DNA from: a virus
Lineage: Duplodnaviria; Caudoviricetes
Length of the DNA: 64,000 nucleotides
IMG/VR virus record: IMGVR_UViG_3300030330_004772
Span: 10,686 to 74,685 of that record
Strand: one strand, 5' to 3'
Shown: positions 47,249 through 58,499 of the stretch, one piece after another
Numbering within the stretch: position 1 is the first letter of the stretch
How the letters are laid out: every line of letters begins with the position of its first letter
Notes under the pieces: model-generated
The model's database searches: none
What the model was told of the DNA's origin: nothing
What the model saw: the letters and a program-made list of their open reading frames with translations, nothing else
Program-made: the position numbers and the translations under genes

Positions 47249-47599
47249 TTAATTATTATTTTGGTTTTGTCCACTAATATAATCAGGATAATAAGGTTTG
47301 TTAGGTCCATAACCGTTTGGTCCTGTAGTTGATCCATACTTAGCTTCGTTTTTCGCTATTAATTGATTTCTACCAGTTCCTGGTTCAGATGGGTTACCGT
47401 TTATATCAATATCAGTACCCCCTTCAGTGGTATTAATTAAATCACTATTTCCACCTGTACCTTTACCTTTATCATCTCCGTCACTCATTGCGTTAGGAAC
47501 ACCTTCACCATATTTTTTACCATCTGAGTTTTGGTATTCATTTACTCGTAAATTATCTACTCTAAATTTTTCACCTAATTCTTCTAATTTTGTTGGCAT
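47249..47599 (-). CDS. Hypothetical Gly/Asn-rich late protein
   Basis: ORF track. Confidence 0.55.
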   Translation of the reverse strand: MPTKLEELGEKFRVDNLRVNEYQNSDGKKYGEGVPNAMSDGDDKGKGTGGNSDLINTTEGGTDIDINGNPSEPGTGRNQLIAKNEAKYGSTTGPNGYGPNKPYYPDYISGQNQNNN

Positions 47600-47603
47600 A
47601 ATT

Positions 47604-48140
47604 TTATATTTTTGATTTATATGTTATTAATTCTTTTATTTTTTCTACTTCTTCATAAACTGGTTTACCTCTTTCTATTTGTCCACTTATATCTTTATGT
47701 AGTTTTGGTAGTTTAATTTGTATAGTGTCTCTATTAACTTTATTTACATTTTTATTATGTGTTTTAATAAACTGATTAGATAATCCTGTTTTACTTTTAA
47801 TTTCTTTTGGTTTTTTAATTGCTTCTCTTTCTTTATTGAGTGTAGACTCAACCCAATTATTCATAGTTTTACCACCATTTAATCTATACTCCATGTCTTT
47901 ATAATCACCATCGAAAGAATCAAACCAATTTTTAATTCTCTTCATTTGAGCGTATTCTATTTTTTTAACTTCTAAAATACCTCTTGCCCTTTTATAACCT
48001 TCAGATGGTTTACCATCTTTATTTAAAGATTCATAAGTTTTAACCGCATTAGATAAACAATTAAGTACATAGTCTGGACAATTCCAATACTTACCTCTCA
48101 ATTCACTATTACCACCTTTATTATTCTTTCGATTCGCCAT
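47604..48140 (-). CDS. Hypothetical basic late protein
   Basis: ORF track. Confidence 0.6.
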   Translation of the reverse strand: MANRKNNKGGNSELRGKYWNCPDYVLNCLSNAVKTYESLNKDGKPSEGYKRARGILEVKKIEYAQMKRIKNWFDSFDGDYKDMEYRLNGGKTMNNWVESTLNKEREAIKKPKEIKSKTGLSNQFIKTHNKNVNKVNRDTIQIKLPKLHKDISGQIERGKPVYEEVEKIKELITYKSKI

Positions 48141-48960
48141 ATTTTATTTTATCCCCTAATATTTCTTTATGTTTATCACTTAATTCACTTATCGAAACAT
48201 TTTTTAATAAATGATTTAAAATAATTGCTAATTCTTCTCCGTTAATATCTTCTTTTTCAATTAAATCTAATAATAAATTTAATTTTCTAATAACCATAGG
48301 TTTTTCAAAAGTTCTCTTTAATTCAACTATATCCGCAATCTCCACATCATCACCCACTAAATCTTGTTCGTTAGTTTTTTTAACCATACCTTTATCATCT
48401 TTTTTAGATAAAAACATTTCGTCAACTAAACCTTTCATTTTTTCTTCACTTAAATAGTCAAAATTAAATTCTGTATCATAAGGTAAAGAATAACTTGCCC
48501 AATCTTCCGAAGGATTTAAATCATAATTTGGTGCTTTTGGTTTATAAAAGTGTTTAGTAATATCTTTTTTTGCAAATTTTCTTCCTCTCTCTCTATCATC
48601 TCTACTATATTTTTTCTTAGAAGAATGAAATGCATCTAAATCTTGTAAAGACTCAGGTGATATATCCTCATCCATTAAAGTTGTTTTAGTGTCGCCAGTT
48701 GATTCTTCTTCATTTACCACATAACTATAATTAATACCGTAATAAGGTCCACCATAAATAAAATATGCTTCAGGACCTTGTGTTGCTCCTCTAACAAAAT
48801 CATCAGTAGTTTTTTTAGATTTAATAACTGAAGGAGTTGCCTTGTAATTATCATTTCTATCTATCATAGAACCATCTACATCAATTAATTCATTAATTTC
48901 TTCTTCTTTCATTTCATTAATATATTTATCAATGTCGGACTTTTTATATGTTTTATTCAT
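48121..48960 (-). CDS. Hypothetical late protein
   Basis: ORF track; TATTTAT on the minus strand at 48977-48983. Confidence 0.6.
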   Translation of the reverse strand: MNKTYKKSDIDKYINEMKEEEINELIDVDGSMIDRNDNYKATPSVIKSKKTTDDFVRGATQGPEAYFIYGGPYYGINYSYVVNEEESTGDTKTTLMDEDISPESLQDLDAFHSSKKKYSRDDRERGRKFAKKDITKHFYKPKAPNYDLNPSEDWASYSLPYDTEFNFDYLSEEKMKGLVDEMFLSKKDDKGMVKKTNEQDLVGDDVEIADIVELKRTFEKPMVIRKLNLLLDLIEKEDINGEELAIILNHLLKNVSISELSDKHKEILGDKIKYGESKE

Positions 48961-48976
48961 CTTTAAAGTTTTTTAT

Positions 48977-49005
48977 ATAAATATAACAGAAAACTAAATA
49001 TTTAT
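48977..49005. promoter_or_regulatory. Back-to-back putative late promoters (TATTTAT on each strand)
   Basis: ATAAATA at 48977-48983 and TATTTAT at 48999-49005 between divergent operons. Confidence 0.55.
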
Positions 49006-49021
49006 TATTAAAGTATAAAAT

Positions 49022-51322
49022 ATGGCTCAATGTAAAACTAAATATACAACTTTATTAGATTTATCTAGACAAGCAAAAGTAATAACTGGTGATACTGCTT
49101 GTTTTGATGGTAAAATTCAGGCGGGTATACCGTTTAGTGGTTACCCAACAGGTGTAGATTTAACGACTGTAGTAGAAACTGGTATAATAGATGGGGAAAA
49201 TGCAATTTTATCTGGTAATAGTGTAACTACTTTATTTGATGTTGCTAATCCCATATCACCTAATTACTCCACTATTTTTAGTGGTGCGACATATAGTGGA
49301 AAAACTTGGACTAATCCTGTTTTTTCTGCAAATACAACATTTTTAAGTTTACCAATAACACCTTTAAGTGCAGAAACACAGACGACACCAATATCTTGGA
49401 CATTAACACAAACTGGTATGACTGGTGACTATGTTATTGGTACAGAATATACTGGTTATAGTGTAAGCTATAATTTTACAATAAACAATTTAGGTGATTC
49501 TATAACTGGTTTAACAGGTGCAGTTCAAGTAGCGTATTCTGCACAAAGTTTAGACTATAAAGGTCCTTTAGATTACATTAGTAGTAAAGAAAATATTACG
49601 GTAGAAAATAAATTAATCACTAATAAATTACAAGTTACACATGGAGCTGACGCATCGACTATTGGTTATGTTTTAAAACAATCAGATAGTGAAGGAAATG
49701 TAGAATGGGGTCCAGATACAAGTGGTAGCACATCTAATTTTACTGGAAACACATCAGGTAATTGTATTAATGATTTATGGGTAAATAATATTAGTGGTTG
49801 TACAACTGATGATTTAAATATTGGTAGTTCTTCTGGAAATAGAATTAACCTAACTAGTGATCGAATAGCGTTTTTCAGTGAAGACGTAGTGGTAAGGAAA
49901 GATTATAATGATATAACTGTTTTAGAAGTTAGAAATACAGATACTGGCGCAGAAGCTAGAGCTTCTTTGGGTTTCGCAGCAACTGGATTAGGTGGGGTTA
50001 TAACTAACGGTGTTTTAACATATATAGGTGAAAATTTTAATTCGGTAGGTACATTTCAAGGACAATACTTACCAAACTCACTTAATTTAACTACGGGTGG
50101 TGGTGCACCAGCGGATAGAGCAAATATTAATATTGGTCCTAGATCAACTACTGGAGAAACAAGATTTTTTAGTGGTGGTGATAATTTTGACAACTCAACT
50201 TACTTAGGTAAATTTTCTCCTGATGGTTTATATGTAAAAGGAAATGTTGGTATTGGGACGGATACACCTTTAAGTAAAATACACGTAGACGGTAATATAT
50301 TAGTTGCCAACCAATCTGGGTCAGCTCAACTAACATTAAGTGGTAGTGGGGTGTCAGATGCGGCAATTAATTTTGATAATACCGGTTCTGCCACACCATT
50401 CTCACAAATAGTTGGACAAACCTTTGGGGCGGGATCATCAGGTAATATAGAATTCAATACTAATCCAGGTGCTGGTTTAACAAAACGTATGACAATATCT
50501 ACTGGAGGTAGGGTAGGAATTGGTAATATTAATAATAATGATATTGAACAGAAATTACATGTTGATGAAGGTAATTTATTAGTTGATTTTACAAATGCGA
50601 AGTTTAGTACTGATTTATCGGGTGTATCACCTATAACTAGAATAAGTGCGAAGACTAGTAACAATTTAGTTTCTATGGGTGTATCCACACCTGGTGCTGG
50701 TGGTATGAGTTTGGGTTGTAGAGGTTTAACTGAACCTACTTTTGGTGGGTATGGAAAACAAGGTGACGGTTATATTTATTCTTCTATGGATCAAAATGGG
50801 TTGAACATTATTAGTCAACCAACAAGTCCACAAACAACGGAAGATTATGTTAGGTTTTATGTAGGACAAAATAATGGTGCGGAAGGTACTGCAGATTTAC
50901 ATATACAAGGTAGTGGTGTAACTAGAGGTTATATAGGTATTCAGACAGAAACCCCTACTACTGAATTGGATGTAAATGGTGATGTTAATATTAGTGGGAC
51001 TTTAACTGTAGGTACTCAAATAATAGGTGGCACTACTACTGTAGATTCTTCTACTGATCCTAATGTAAATAATGTAGATGTAGTATTTTACACTGCAACT
51101 GCAGGTGGCGGTACAATAACTTTAAATAGTAATATGAATGTGGCAGGAAAAAAGATTACGTTAATAAGAACCTCAACAGTAAACTCTGCTACTTTATCAG
51201 GAAGTGGAGGTGCACAAATTAACGGATCACTTACTGAATCTTTACCTGTAACAGTTAACTCAGTAGTATCATGTATAAGTGACGGTACGGATTGGTATTG
51301 TTATGAAAATAACGTATTATAA
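49022..51322 (+). CDS. Tail fibre/adhesin-like protein
   Basis: G/T/S-rich; GNVGIGT, GRVGIG and GYIGIQT repeats; C-terminal SCISDGTDWY. Confidence 0.7.
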   Translation: MAQCKTKYTTLLDLSRQAKVITGDTACFDGKIQAGIPFSGYPTGVDLTTVVETGIIDGENAILSGNSVTTLFDVANPISPNYSTIFSGATYSGKTWTNPVFSANTTFLSLPITPLSAETQTTPISWTLTQTGMTGDYVIGTEYTGYSVSYNFTINNLGDSITGLTGAVQVAYSAQSLDYKGPLDYISSKENITVENKLITNKLQVTHGADASTIGYVLKQSDSEGNVEWGPDTSGSTSNFTGNTSGNCINDLWVNNISGCTTDDLNIGSSSGNRINLTSDRIAFFSEDVVVRKDYNDITVLEVRNTDTGAEARASLGFAATGLGGVITNGVLTYIGENFNSVGTFQGQYLPNSLNLTTGGGAPADRANINIGPRSTTGETRFFSGGDNFDNSTYLGKFSPDGLYVKGNVGIGTDTPLSKIHVDGNILVANQSGSAQLTLSGSGVSDAAINFDNTGSATPFSQIVGQTFGAGSSGNIEFNTNPGAGLTKRMTISTGGRVGIGNINNNDIEQKLHVDEGNLLVDFTNAKFSTDLSGVSPITRISAKTSNNLVSMGVSTPGAGGMSLGCRGLTEPTFGGYGKQGDGYIYSSMDQNGLNIISQPTSPQTTEDYVRFYVGQNNGAEGTADLHIQGSGVTRGYIGIQTETPTTELDVNGDVNISGTLTVGTQIIGGTTTVDSSTDPNVNNVDVVFYTATAGGGTITLNSNMNVAGKKITLIRTSTVNSATLSGSGGAQINGSLTESLPVTVNSVVSCISDGTDWYCYENNVL

Positions 51323-51324
51323 TT

Positions 51325-53175
51325 ATGAGTAATATTAACCAAAATAATTTCAATAATTGTATGAATTTACAATTAAGTAATTCTGATTATTGGGATTTGT
51401 TTATATGTAATGATTGTGGATGTGGACTAGATCATGATTTTATTTTAGATGAATGTTTAATTGTAGATATTAATATTGATTCAGATGAATGTGTTACAGA
51501 AAAAACATTATGTAGTTTAGTTGGTTGGACAGGAGATACGTGTTTTGAATCTTTGTCTATACCTAAAAGTGGTGTTACATTAAATGATATTGGATTAACA
51601 GGTATTGATAATGGATTCATTACATATAATTGTAATTCTTCTACCACAGGAAGTACTTTTATTGATACCTATACTGGATCATCGATAACTATATCTTCTG
51701 CAGATACTAAATTTTGTTTTACTAGAGTAAGTGGTTGTACCTATGATTATACATATAATTTTGTATCGTCTGCAAATACTGTAGGTAGGTATGTTGAATT
51801 GTGTGGTGGTTTTTATCAAGGATTCTTTAAATTATCTGATAGAACATTTTTTAAAAATATTTCTGATAATATGTTTGTTTGGCCGATGGAATGGTTTAAT
51901 TGTCCACCATCTTGTGACACTGGTGATACTAAAACAGTAACTGTAGATTGTAGTTGTAATAGTAATAACAATTCTATTTTTATACCGGGAAGTGAAGATG
52001 ATTGTTTAAATAGTAATAACCCACCTTGTAATGGCGAATTAAATCCTAAAAAATCTTATAGGTGTTATAAAGAAGAGAAACCCATTGACTGGAATTATCA
52101 AATATTACCTACTCGTTATGAAAAAGGGTGGACTGCAGAATTTTGGTTAAGAAAAAATACTACCATATGTAGTGGTATAACCGCAACAACATTAAATGAT
52201 ATATACCCTAATAACAAAGGTTTATTTTATTATATGGGTACTAGATCAGAAAATAAGTTTTGGGATGTATTCAGTGGTGAAACTGGACACACAACTACTT
52301 CAGGTTACCCATTATCACCACCTAAAGAGGTAAATGAAGAATTATTAAACAATCCGTTTTTAGTATATCAACCACAAGGTGAATGTTGTTATAGTGGTGT
52401 GACATGTGTTAACAAAGACGAAAGAGATAAAAATTTAGATATTGTAGATAATGCATTAGGATTTAGAATAAAAGATGATGGTTCTATAGGTTATAGATCA
52501 TTAAGTGTAAGTGGTGAATGTGTTACTGTAACTTCTAAAACAAATACTGATTGTTGTGAAGATTGTGATTCTGATTGTTGTAAATGTATTAAAACAGGAA
52601 GTACTACAACAGAAAAATATATAACCGGTGTGACTATTAATGAAGAATATTCAGAACCTAATATTATTCCAGATAATGAATGGTTTATGTTAAGTATTAG
52701 GTTTTGTGCGTACGAAGGATATGAATTAGAAGAAATGAAGAACATACCTAGACGTAAAGGTAGGTTAGACTTTTTTGTTAACGGATATTTAAAATATTCT
52801 ATAAACGACTTTGATGAATTTATATTTAAAGATTTAATTGAATATAGAGAAAAACAAGAAGGTGTACCATTTAATTATAGTTTAGGTGGTGGAACACAAG
52901 GTTTAATAGAATCTAACACAATAGGTGGCCCAGATGAGTTAGACAATAATTTAATAATACAAAATAATTTTGCAGGAACGTTTATCGGTGACATTTCTAG
53001 ATTTAGATTATATGAGTGTTGTTTAGATATAACAACCATTAGATATAGATTCAAAGAACTATGTTTAAACTATGGTATTTGTCCACAAGAACTTATATGT
53101 TATATTCTTTCGGAACAAGATAATATTATTTCTAGTGAAGATGGTGATGATTTCTTAGTGTGGTGTAGTGAATAA
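51325..53175 (+). CDS. Cys-rich structural protein with LamG-like segments
   Basis: Many CxC, CC and CxxC clusters; GWTAEFWL...WF.L.I.F...LDFFVNG...F.GDIS.FRLY. Confidence 0.55.
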   Translation: MSNINQNNFNNCMNLQLSNSDYWDLFICNDCGCGLDHDFILDECLIVDINIDSDECVTEKTLCSLVGWTGDTCFESLSIPKSGVTLNDIGLTGIDNGFITYNCNSSTTGSTFIDTYTGSSITISSADTKFCFTRVSGCTYDYTYNFVSSANTVGRYVELCGGFYQGFFKLSDRTFFKNISDNMFVWPMEWFNCPPSCDTGDTKTVTVDCSCNSNNNSIFIPGSEDDCLNSNNPPCNGELNPKKSYRCYKEEKPIDWNYQILPTRYEKGWTAEFWLRKNTTICSGITATTLNDIYPNNKGLFYYMGTRSENKFWDVFSGETGHTTTSGYPLSPPKEVNEELLNNPFLVYQPQGECCYSGVTCVNKDERDKNLDIVDNALGFRIKDDGSIGYRSLSVSGECVTVTSKTNTDCCEDCDSDCCKCIKTGSTTTEKYITGVTINEEYSEPNIIPDNEWFMLSIRFCAYEGYELEEMKNIPRRKGRLDFFVNGYLKYSINDFDEFIFKDLIEYREKQEGVPFNYSLGGGTQGLIESNTIGGPDELDNNLIIQNNFAGTFIGDISRFRLYECCLDITTIRYRFKELCLNYGICPQELICYILSEQDNIISSEDGDDFLVWCSE

Positions 53176-53215
53176 TAAAAATATTAACATATTTATATAA
53201 AAAAGAAAAAATAAA

Positions 53216-56200
53216 ATGGGATTTCCAAAAAAAATAAGTCAATTTCCAATTAATCCAGATTTAACGGGTCAGGATTTATTAGTAACAGTTAATGAGTTTG
53301 ATGTCACTAGTAGAATCAATTTACAACAATTGAGAGATTTTGTTATAGATGGTAAAGATAATACATTTGTAACTGGTGGTACAGTAACAGAGGAAGCAGA
53401 ATTAATATTATTTAGAAATGATGGGTTATCTTTTACTATTGATTTAAATCCTGCATTATCAAATACAATTACCGGAGCAGAAAATATTCCTGGAGGTGAA
53501 GGACTTATATATTCAGGAAAAACCAACAACGAATTATTACTTAGAAGTATAAGTGGGGGTGAAAATGTAATAGTAGAAACATTAGGTAATACTATACAAA
53601 TTGGTGTTGAGATTCCTCCAGATACCAATACTTTTGTCACAGGTTTTACCTATAATGGAAATATTAATAGGTTCACTATTACAGATAATCAAAATAATAG
53701 TTATGATGCAACAATAAACTTTACACAAAATTTAAATGTTAAACGGAATCTTAATATAAGTGGGACAACGGGAGATGCACCTGAAATTACATTCGAAACA
53801 TCTAGTAGTACACTTTCAAAAATTGAAAGTCAGTCCTTTGGTGGTGCCGCGTCAGGTAATTTAGAATTTTATACTTACCCAAATGCAATAAGCGGTCTTG
53901 TTAAAAGAATGACTATTGGTACACATGGAAGGGTAGGGATTGGAAGAATGGGGAATAATGATATTACTAATACATTACACGTTAGTGGATCAACTAGAAT
54001 TACAGATTCGTTATTTTTAGAAAACGTTGGTCCAAATGCGGAACCAATAATTGCAAATTTGGTTTTGAATTCTGAGGGTAAAGTAGTTAGTGGTACTACA
54101 ACTGATAATAATACTTTTATCACAGGAACATCTTTAAATAGTACCATATATACTATTAACCAAAATGATGGCACATCATTTTCTACTGATTTTGATTCAA
54201 TAGTAAGTGGTAAATTAGACACAGATATTTTTAACAGTTATAGTGCTCTTACTGAAATGTTAATAGAAACTAAATTGGACACTAGTACTTTTGACTCTTA
54301 TACTGCAAATACTTCAGACATTTATGTTAGTGGTGGTACGTTAAGTGGTACTGACTTAATTTTAGAAAGAACAGATGACGATACTGTAAATATTGATTTA
54401 AGTGCACTTAGTGGTGTAACACAAAACAGTTTTGTTACTGGATTTACATACAATAATAAAAATAATCTTACTATAAGTAGAAATGATGGGTTAGGTGATA
54501 TAAGTACCAACTTATCTGAAATGAGTGGATTAACAATTAATGGTGATTTAACTGTAACGGGTGATACACAAATAGATGGTAGATTAACGGTTGAAGATCA
54601 AACATGGTTTAAAGGATCTCCAATCACTTTTGGTAATTCTTTTGCCGATTCTATAGATTTTACTGGTAGAATTAATGGGAATTTTGTACCAGTAAATGAT
54701 AATACATCAGATATGGGTAAACCAACTACCCTTTCTGCACAAAAATATTGGCGTAATTTTTATGTTTATAATATTACGGGAGGAACATTAAATTTATTTA
54801 ATACACCTACACTTAATAATAGTGGTAATGAAATTTTAGTTAGAAATACAACTACAGGACAAATAGACTATAGAGATGTAACTACATTATCTGGAAGTCC
54901 CACAGATAGTTTTGTAACGGGATTAACATATAATTCTACATCTAATACTGTTACATTAACACAAAATGAAAGTGGTCCAACTCAATCAGTAGTTATTGAT
55001 TCTTTCAGTGGTATAACTTTAAATGGTCCTACAAGTATTAATGGTAATACTATTGTTGATGGTGATGTTTTAATAACTAAAAATGTTGTAATCTTAGGTA
55101 CTGCAACCACAATTAATTCATCTACTTTCTCGGTAGATGATAATATTATAACACTTAATGCTAATGCAACTGGAAGTACAGTACCATTACCTATTGATAG
55201 TGGTATTGATATATTAAGGAATTCTGGTGATACTGCGGTATTATTATGGGAAGAACTAAATGGTTATTGGGCGGCAGGTTTATCAGGCGCAACAGAACCA
55301 CTTATAGTAAACGGTAATAATTTAGGTGGTGGTACAAGTGTATTTAAACAAAGAAATGAAAATGTTTTAGATTTTAATACATTATCTGGAGGTACTAATG
55401 TAACTTTAACTTCAGTAGGTAATATAGTTAGGTTCGATGTTCCAGATAATACAAATACTTTTATTACTGGTGCAACATTAAATGGTAATACATTAGAAAT
55501 AGAAAGAAACGATGGGGTAGATGTACCAGTAGATTTAACTTCACTCATAAGTGGTAAATTAGATATTAGTAGTTTTGATTCATATACTGCAAATACCTTA
55601 GATATATATGTTAGTGGTGGTACGTTAAGTGGTACTGATTTAGAATTAAATAGGACTGATGGTGGTGTAGTAACAATTGATTTAAGCGCATTAAGTGGTG
55701 TAACACAAAACACTTTCGTAACTGGTTTTACCTATAATGATAATAATGTTCTTTCTATCAAAGATAATGAAAATAATATTTACTCTACCATTGTAAATGA
55801 AATGAGTGGATTAACTATTAATGGTGAACTAAACGTTACTGATAATAGTTATTTAAATTTTATTACAGGACATACAACTTATTTAATAGGTGAAAATAAT
55901 ACTGGTGGTGGATCACGAACATCATTAACACCTACCCTCACAATATTTGACAATCCTGGAACTGGCGGTGGATCACAAAATTACGCAGGACCAAATTTAA
56001 GATTTAGTGATAATGGAAATATTGGGGATATTTTTTATAGATATAATGGTGGTGGAAACTTATTAAGTAACGCCTTTAATTTTATAAGTGATGGTGGTTT
56101 TAATTTTATTGCTGAAGGTGATAACGGAAGTCCTTCACTGAGTGATGGACCTTATTTTAGAATCACAAAAGGACAATCTTCTTTATTGATATATGATGAC

Positions 56201-56752
56201 ACTACCAGACCTAGAACAGATGTAAAAATTACCAATTCTAATGGAGGTACTGCATATAGTAGATTAGGTGTGGGTGCACAAAATGATTATTGGTATATTG
56301 AGGCAGATGATGTAGATACTCCAATGCATATTGGTTATGATGATAACGGTGTAGATACAAATGTACTTACTTTTGAAAAAAGTGATGGGTTATTAGAAGG
56401 TTCATTAGAAATTACTAGTGGTTTAACCGCAGATACCATATCAATAAGTAACACACCTACACTAGATAATAGTGGTACTCAAATGTTAATTAGAAATATA
56501 TCTACTGGTGAAATAGAATATAGAGAATCTAATACTTTAGGTAGTTTAACAGGTGGGACAAACTTAACAACAACAGGTATATTCGCCCAAACAAATGGAA
56601 AAAATTTAGAATTTAAAGGAATACAATCAAGTGGTGGGACAGTAACTATTACCAGTGACGCAAATACAGTTAATTTAGAAAGTACATCTTCTGGTGGTAA
56701 CACCGTAAATAGTGCAACCAAAGTATTTAATTGGTTTATGACAATAACATAA
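53216..56752 (+). CDS. Long tail-fibre-like protein with internal repeats
   Basis: Repeated NTFVTG(F/A)T and SGGTLSGTDL..RTD modules; an ~100-aa block is duplicated internally. Confidence 0.7.
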   Translation: MGFPKKISQFPINPDLTGQDLLVTVNEFDVTSRINLQQLRDFVIDGKDNTFVTGGTVTEEAELILFRNDGLSFTIDLNPALSNTITGAENIPGGEGLIYSGKTNNELLLRSISGGENVIVETLGNTIQIGVEIPPDTNTFVTGFTYNGNINRFTITDNQNNSYDATINFTQNLNVKRNLNISGTTGDAPEITFETSSSTLSKIESQSFGGAASGNLEFYTYPNAISGLVKRMTIGTHGRVGIGRMGNNDITNTLHVSGSTRITDSLFLENVGPNAEPIIANLVLNSEGKVVSGTTTDNNTFITGTSLNSTIYTINQNDGTSFSTDFDSIVSGKLDTDIFNSYSALTEMLIETKLDTSTFDSYTANTSDIYVSGGTLSGTDLILERTDDDTVNIDLSALSGVTQNSFVTGFTYNNKNNLTISRNDGLGDISTNLSEMSGLTINGDLTVTGDTQIDGRLTVEDQTWFKGSPITFGNSFADSIDFTGRINGNFVPVNDNTSDMGKPTTLSAQKYWRNFYVYNITGGTLNLFNTPTLNNSGNEILVRNTTTGQIDYRDVTTLSGSPTDSFVTGLTYNSTSNTVTLTQNESGPTQSVVIDSFSGITLNGPTSINGNTIVDGDVLITKNVVILGTATTINSSTFSVDDNIITLNANATGSTVPLPIDSGIDILRNSGDTAVLLWEELNGYWAAGLSGATEPLIVNGNNLGGGTSVFKQRNENVLDFNTLSGGTNVTLTSVGNIVRFDVPDNTNTFITGATLNGNTLEIERNDGVDVPVDLTSLISGKLDISSFDSYTANTLDIYVSGGTLSGTDLELNRTDGGVVTIDLSALSGVTQNTFVTGFTYNDNNVLSIKDNENNIYSTIVNEMSGLTINGELNVTDNSYLNFITGHTTYLIGENNTGGGSRTSLTPTLTIFDNPGTGGGSQNYAGPNLRFSDNGNIGDIFYRYNGGGNLLSNAFNFISDGGFNFIAEGDNGSPSLSDGPYFRITKGQSSLLIYDDTTRPRTDVKITNSNGGTAYSRLGVGAQNDYWYIEADDVDTPMHIGYDDNGVDTNVLTFEKSDGLLEGSLEITSGLTADTISISNTPTLDNSGTQMLIRNISTGEIEYRESNTLGSLTGGTNLTTTGIFAQTNGKNLEFKGIQSSGGTVTITSDANTVNLESTSSGGNTVNSATKVFNWFMTIT

Positions 56753-56762
56753 AATCATTATT

Positions 56763-57572
56763 ATGGGATTAAGTACATTAAAAGGTAATTCAGGATATAT
56801 CGGTATAGACAAAAGAAATTCTGTCACAGGTACTACTATAGGAAATTTATCTTTAAAAAAATTTTTTTTAGAGAGGGTTGGTGGTAACTTAGTTCCTATT
56901 ATTCCACCAGGACCTTCTACTACGTTGTTTGAGGATGATTTTTCTACCAATAATTTAAATAAGTGGACTGTTGTTAATGGTGCACAACCTAGTGTGTGGA
57001 TAGTTGGTTCTAATGTACTTGCATCTACTGGTGCTGCCGTTACTGTACCTTCAGGTTCTACATACTCCGCATATATTTCTAGTAACGGATCTTCAAATGT
57101 GTATACAACCAATAGTGATTCTCATATATATTTTGATTTTGATATTCCTGAAAATACAACTAGTTTGACTTTACAATTTGATTGGTTATGTTATGGAGAA
57201 AGAACTTCAGGATTTAACGATTGGGATTTTGGTTATTTAACCTTCGCCGATCCAACTTTATTTACACCAGTTGCTGGTACTTTTTATGGACAAAGTGGTT
57301 CTGGATATGAAAGAGTAGTAGGTTCAAACACTGCAGATAATTTAGATAGTGGTAAATTTACTGGAGACGGTACAAGTGCTAGATCTTCTAATACTGCTAA
57401 GAATTCATTTGTTTATGAAAATATAACTTTAGATAATACAGAAATATCTACAGGAAGTTTATGGTGTGACAATTGTACTAGAAGAATCGTATTTAGTTGG
57501 GTTTCTGACGGTAGTGTGATAGATGATCCTTCTTGGTCAATTGCTAATGTAAAATTAACATATAATTTATAA
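56763..57572 (+). CDS. Adhesin-like beta-sandwich protein
   Basis: FEDDFS...WTVVNG...SAYISS...LQFDWLCYGE; N-terminus shared with 57576. Confidence 0.5.
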   Translation: MGLSTLKGNSGYIGIDKRNSVTGTTIGNLSLKKFFLERVGGNLVPIIPPGPSTTLFEDDFSTNNLNKWTVVNGAQPSVWIVGSNVLASTGAAVTVPSGSTYSAYISSNGSSNVYTTNSDSHIYFDFDIPENTTSLTLQFDWLCYGERTSGFNDWDFGYLTFADPTLFTPVAGTFYGQSGSGYERVVGSNTADNLDSGKFTGDGTSARSSNTAKNSFVYENITLDNTEISTGSLWCDNCTRRIVFSWVSDGSVIDDPSWSIANVKLTYNL

Positions 57573-57575
57573 AAT

Positions 57576-58445
57576 ATGAGTAAAAAAGGAAATAGTGGTT
57601 ATAGTGGTATCGATAAGAGATTTGGTACGGGTGGTGTTAATGTAAAAGGTAATATCGGTGACTACCAGCACTTTTTAGAAAGGTTAGAAGGTAGGTTCGA
57701 ACCCATAGGTGACGTTCCAGACCCTAAAGTGTGGTATGATGCGGATTCAGATAATATTACAACTGTAACATATTTAGGTAGTGAAAGAGTAGTAACTTGG
57801 TCAGATAAAAGTGGTAACGGAATAAATGCAACTAATACGGGTAGTAATGTAGATAAACCATTTTATGATGAATCTGATCCCGATTTTAATGATTTACCTT
57901 CAGTTGCTTTTGGAACTAATGATTTTTTAGAAACTGCAGATGATAGTCAATTAGATGTTAATGGAACTGGTGGTTTTACGGTATATGTAGTTTTTGATTT
58001 TGATTCTACACCAGGTGCATTTAGTATGTTAACAACTAGAACTAATGGTACTTCTTGGACACAAGGTTGGGGAATTTTATTTTATAATAATAATATTAGG
58101 TTTTGGGTAAACGATTGGAGTCCAGATGATATAACAGAAGGTGCATATGTAGAAATACCTGAAGTTACTTCTGTATTTGGACCACATATATATAAGTTTC
58201 ATTATAACCAAACAACTATTACAGGACAAGTCTATGGGTACTCTGCAGATTCGGATACGGAATCTTATAGTGATCCAGTAATTGATGCTTCGAGTGGTAT
58301 TGAGTTAGCAAGAGGAAATAATAGTGCTTATGATATAAATGGTTCAATTGCAGAATATATGTTTTATACTAGACCACTTAATAATAATGAACAAACTGCA
58401 GTAGAAGAGTACTTATCTGCTAAATATAACATAAGTTTAACATAA
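57576..58445 (+). CDS. LamG/concanavalin-like lectin-fold protein
   Basis: VWYDAD...TWSDKSGNG...GSIAEYMFYTRPL...VEEYLSAKY. Confidence 0.65.
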   Translation: MSKKGNSGYSGIDKRFGTGGVNVKGNIGDYQHFLERLEGRFEPIGDVPDPKVWYDADSDNITTVTYLGSERVVTWSDKSGNGINATNTGSNVDKPFYDESDPDFNDLPSVAFGTNDFLETADDSQLDVNGTGGFTVYVVFDFDSTPGAFSMLTTRTNGTSWTQGWGILFYNNNIRFWVNDWSPDDITEGAYVEIPEVTSVFGPHIYKFHYNQTTITGQVYGYSADSDTESYSDPVIDASSGIELARGNNSAYDINGSIAEYMFYTRPLNNNEQTAVEEYLSAKYNISLT

Positions 58446-58499
58446 TAGATAAAAAAGATTACTTTATTTAAAAATAGTATATTTATATAAAAAAGAGAA

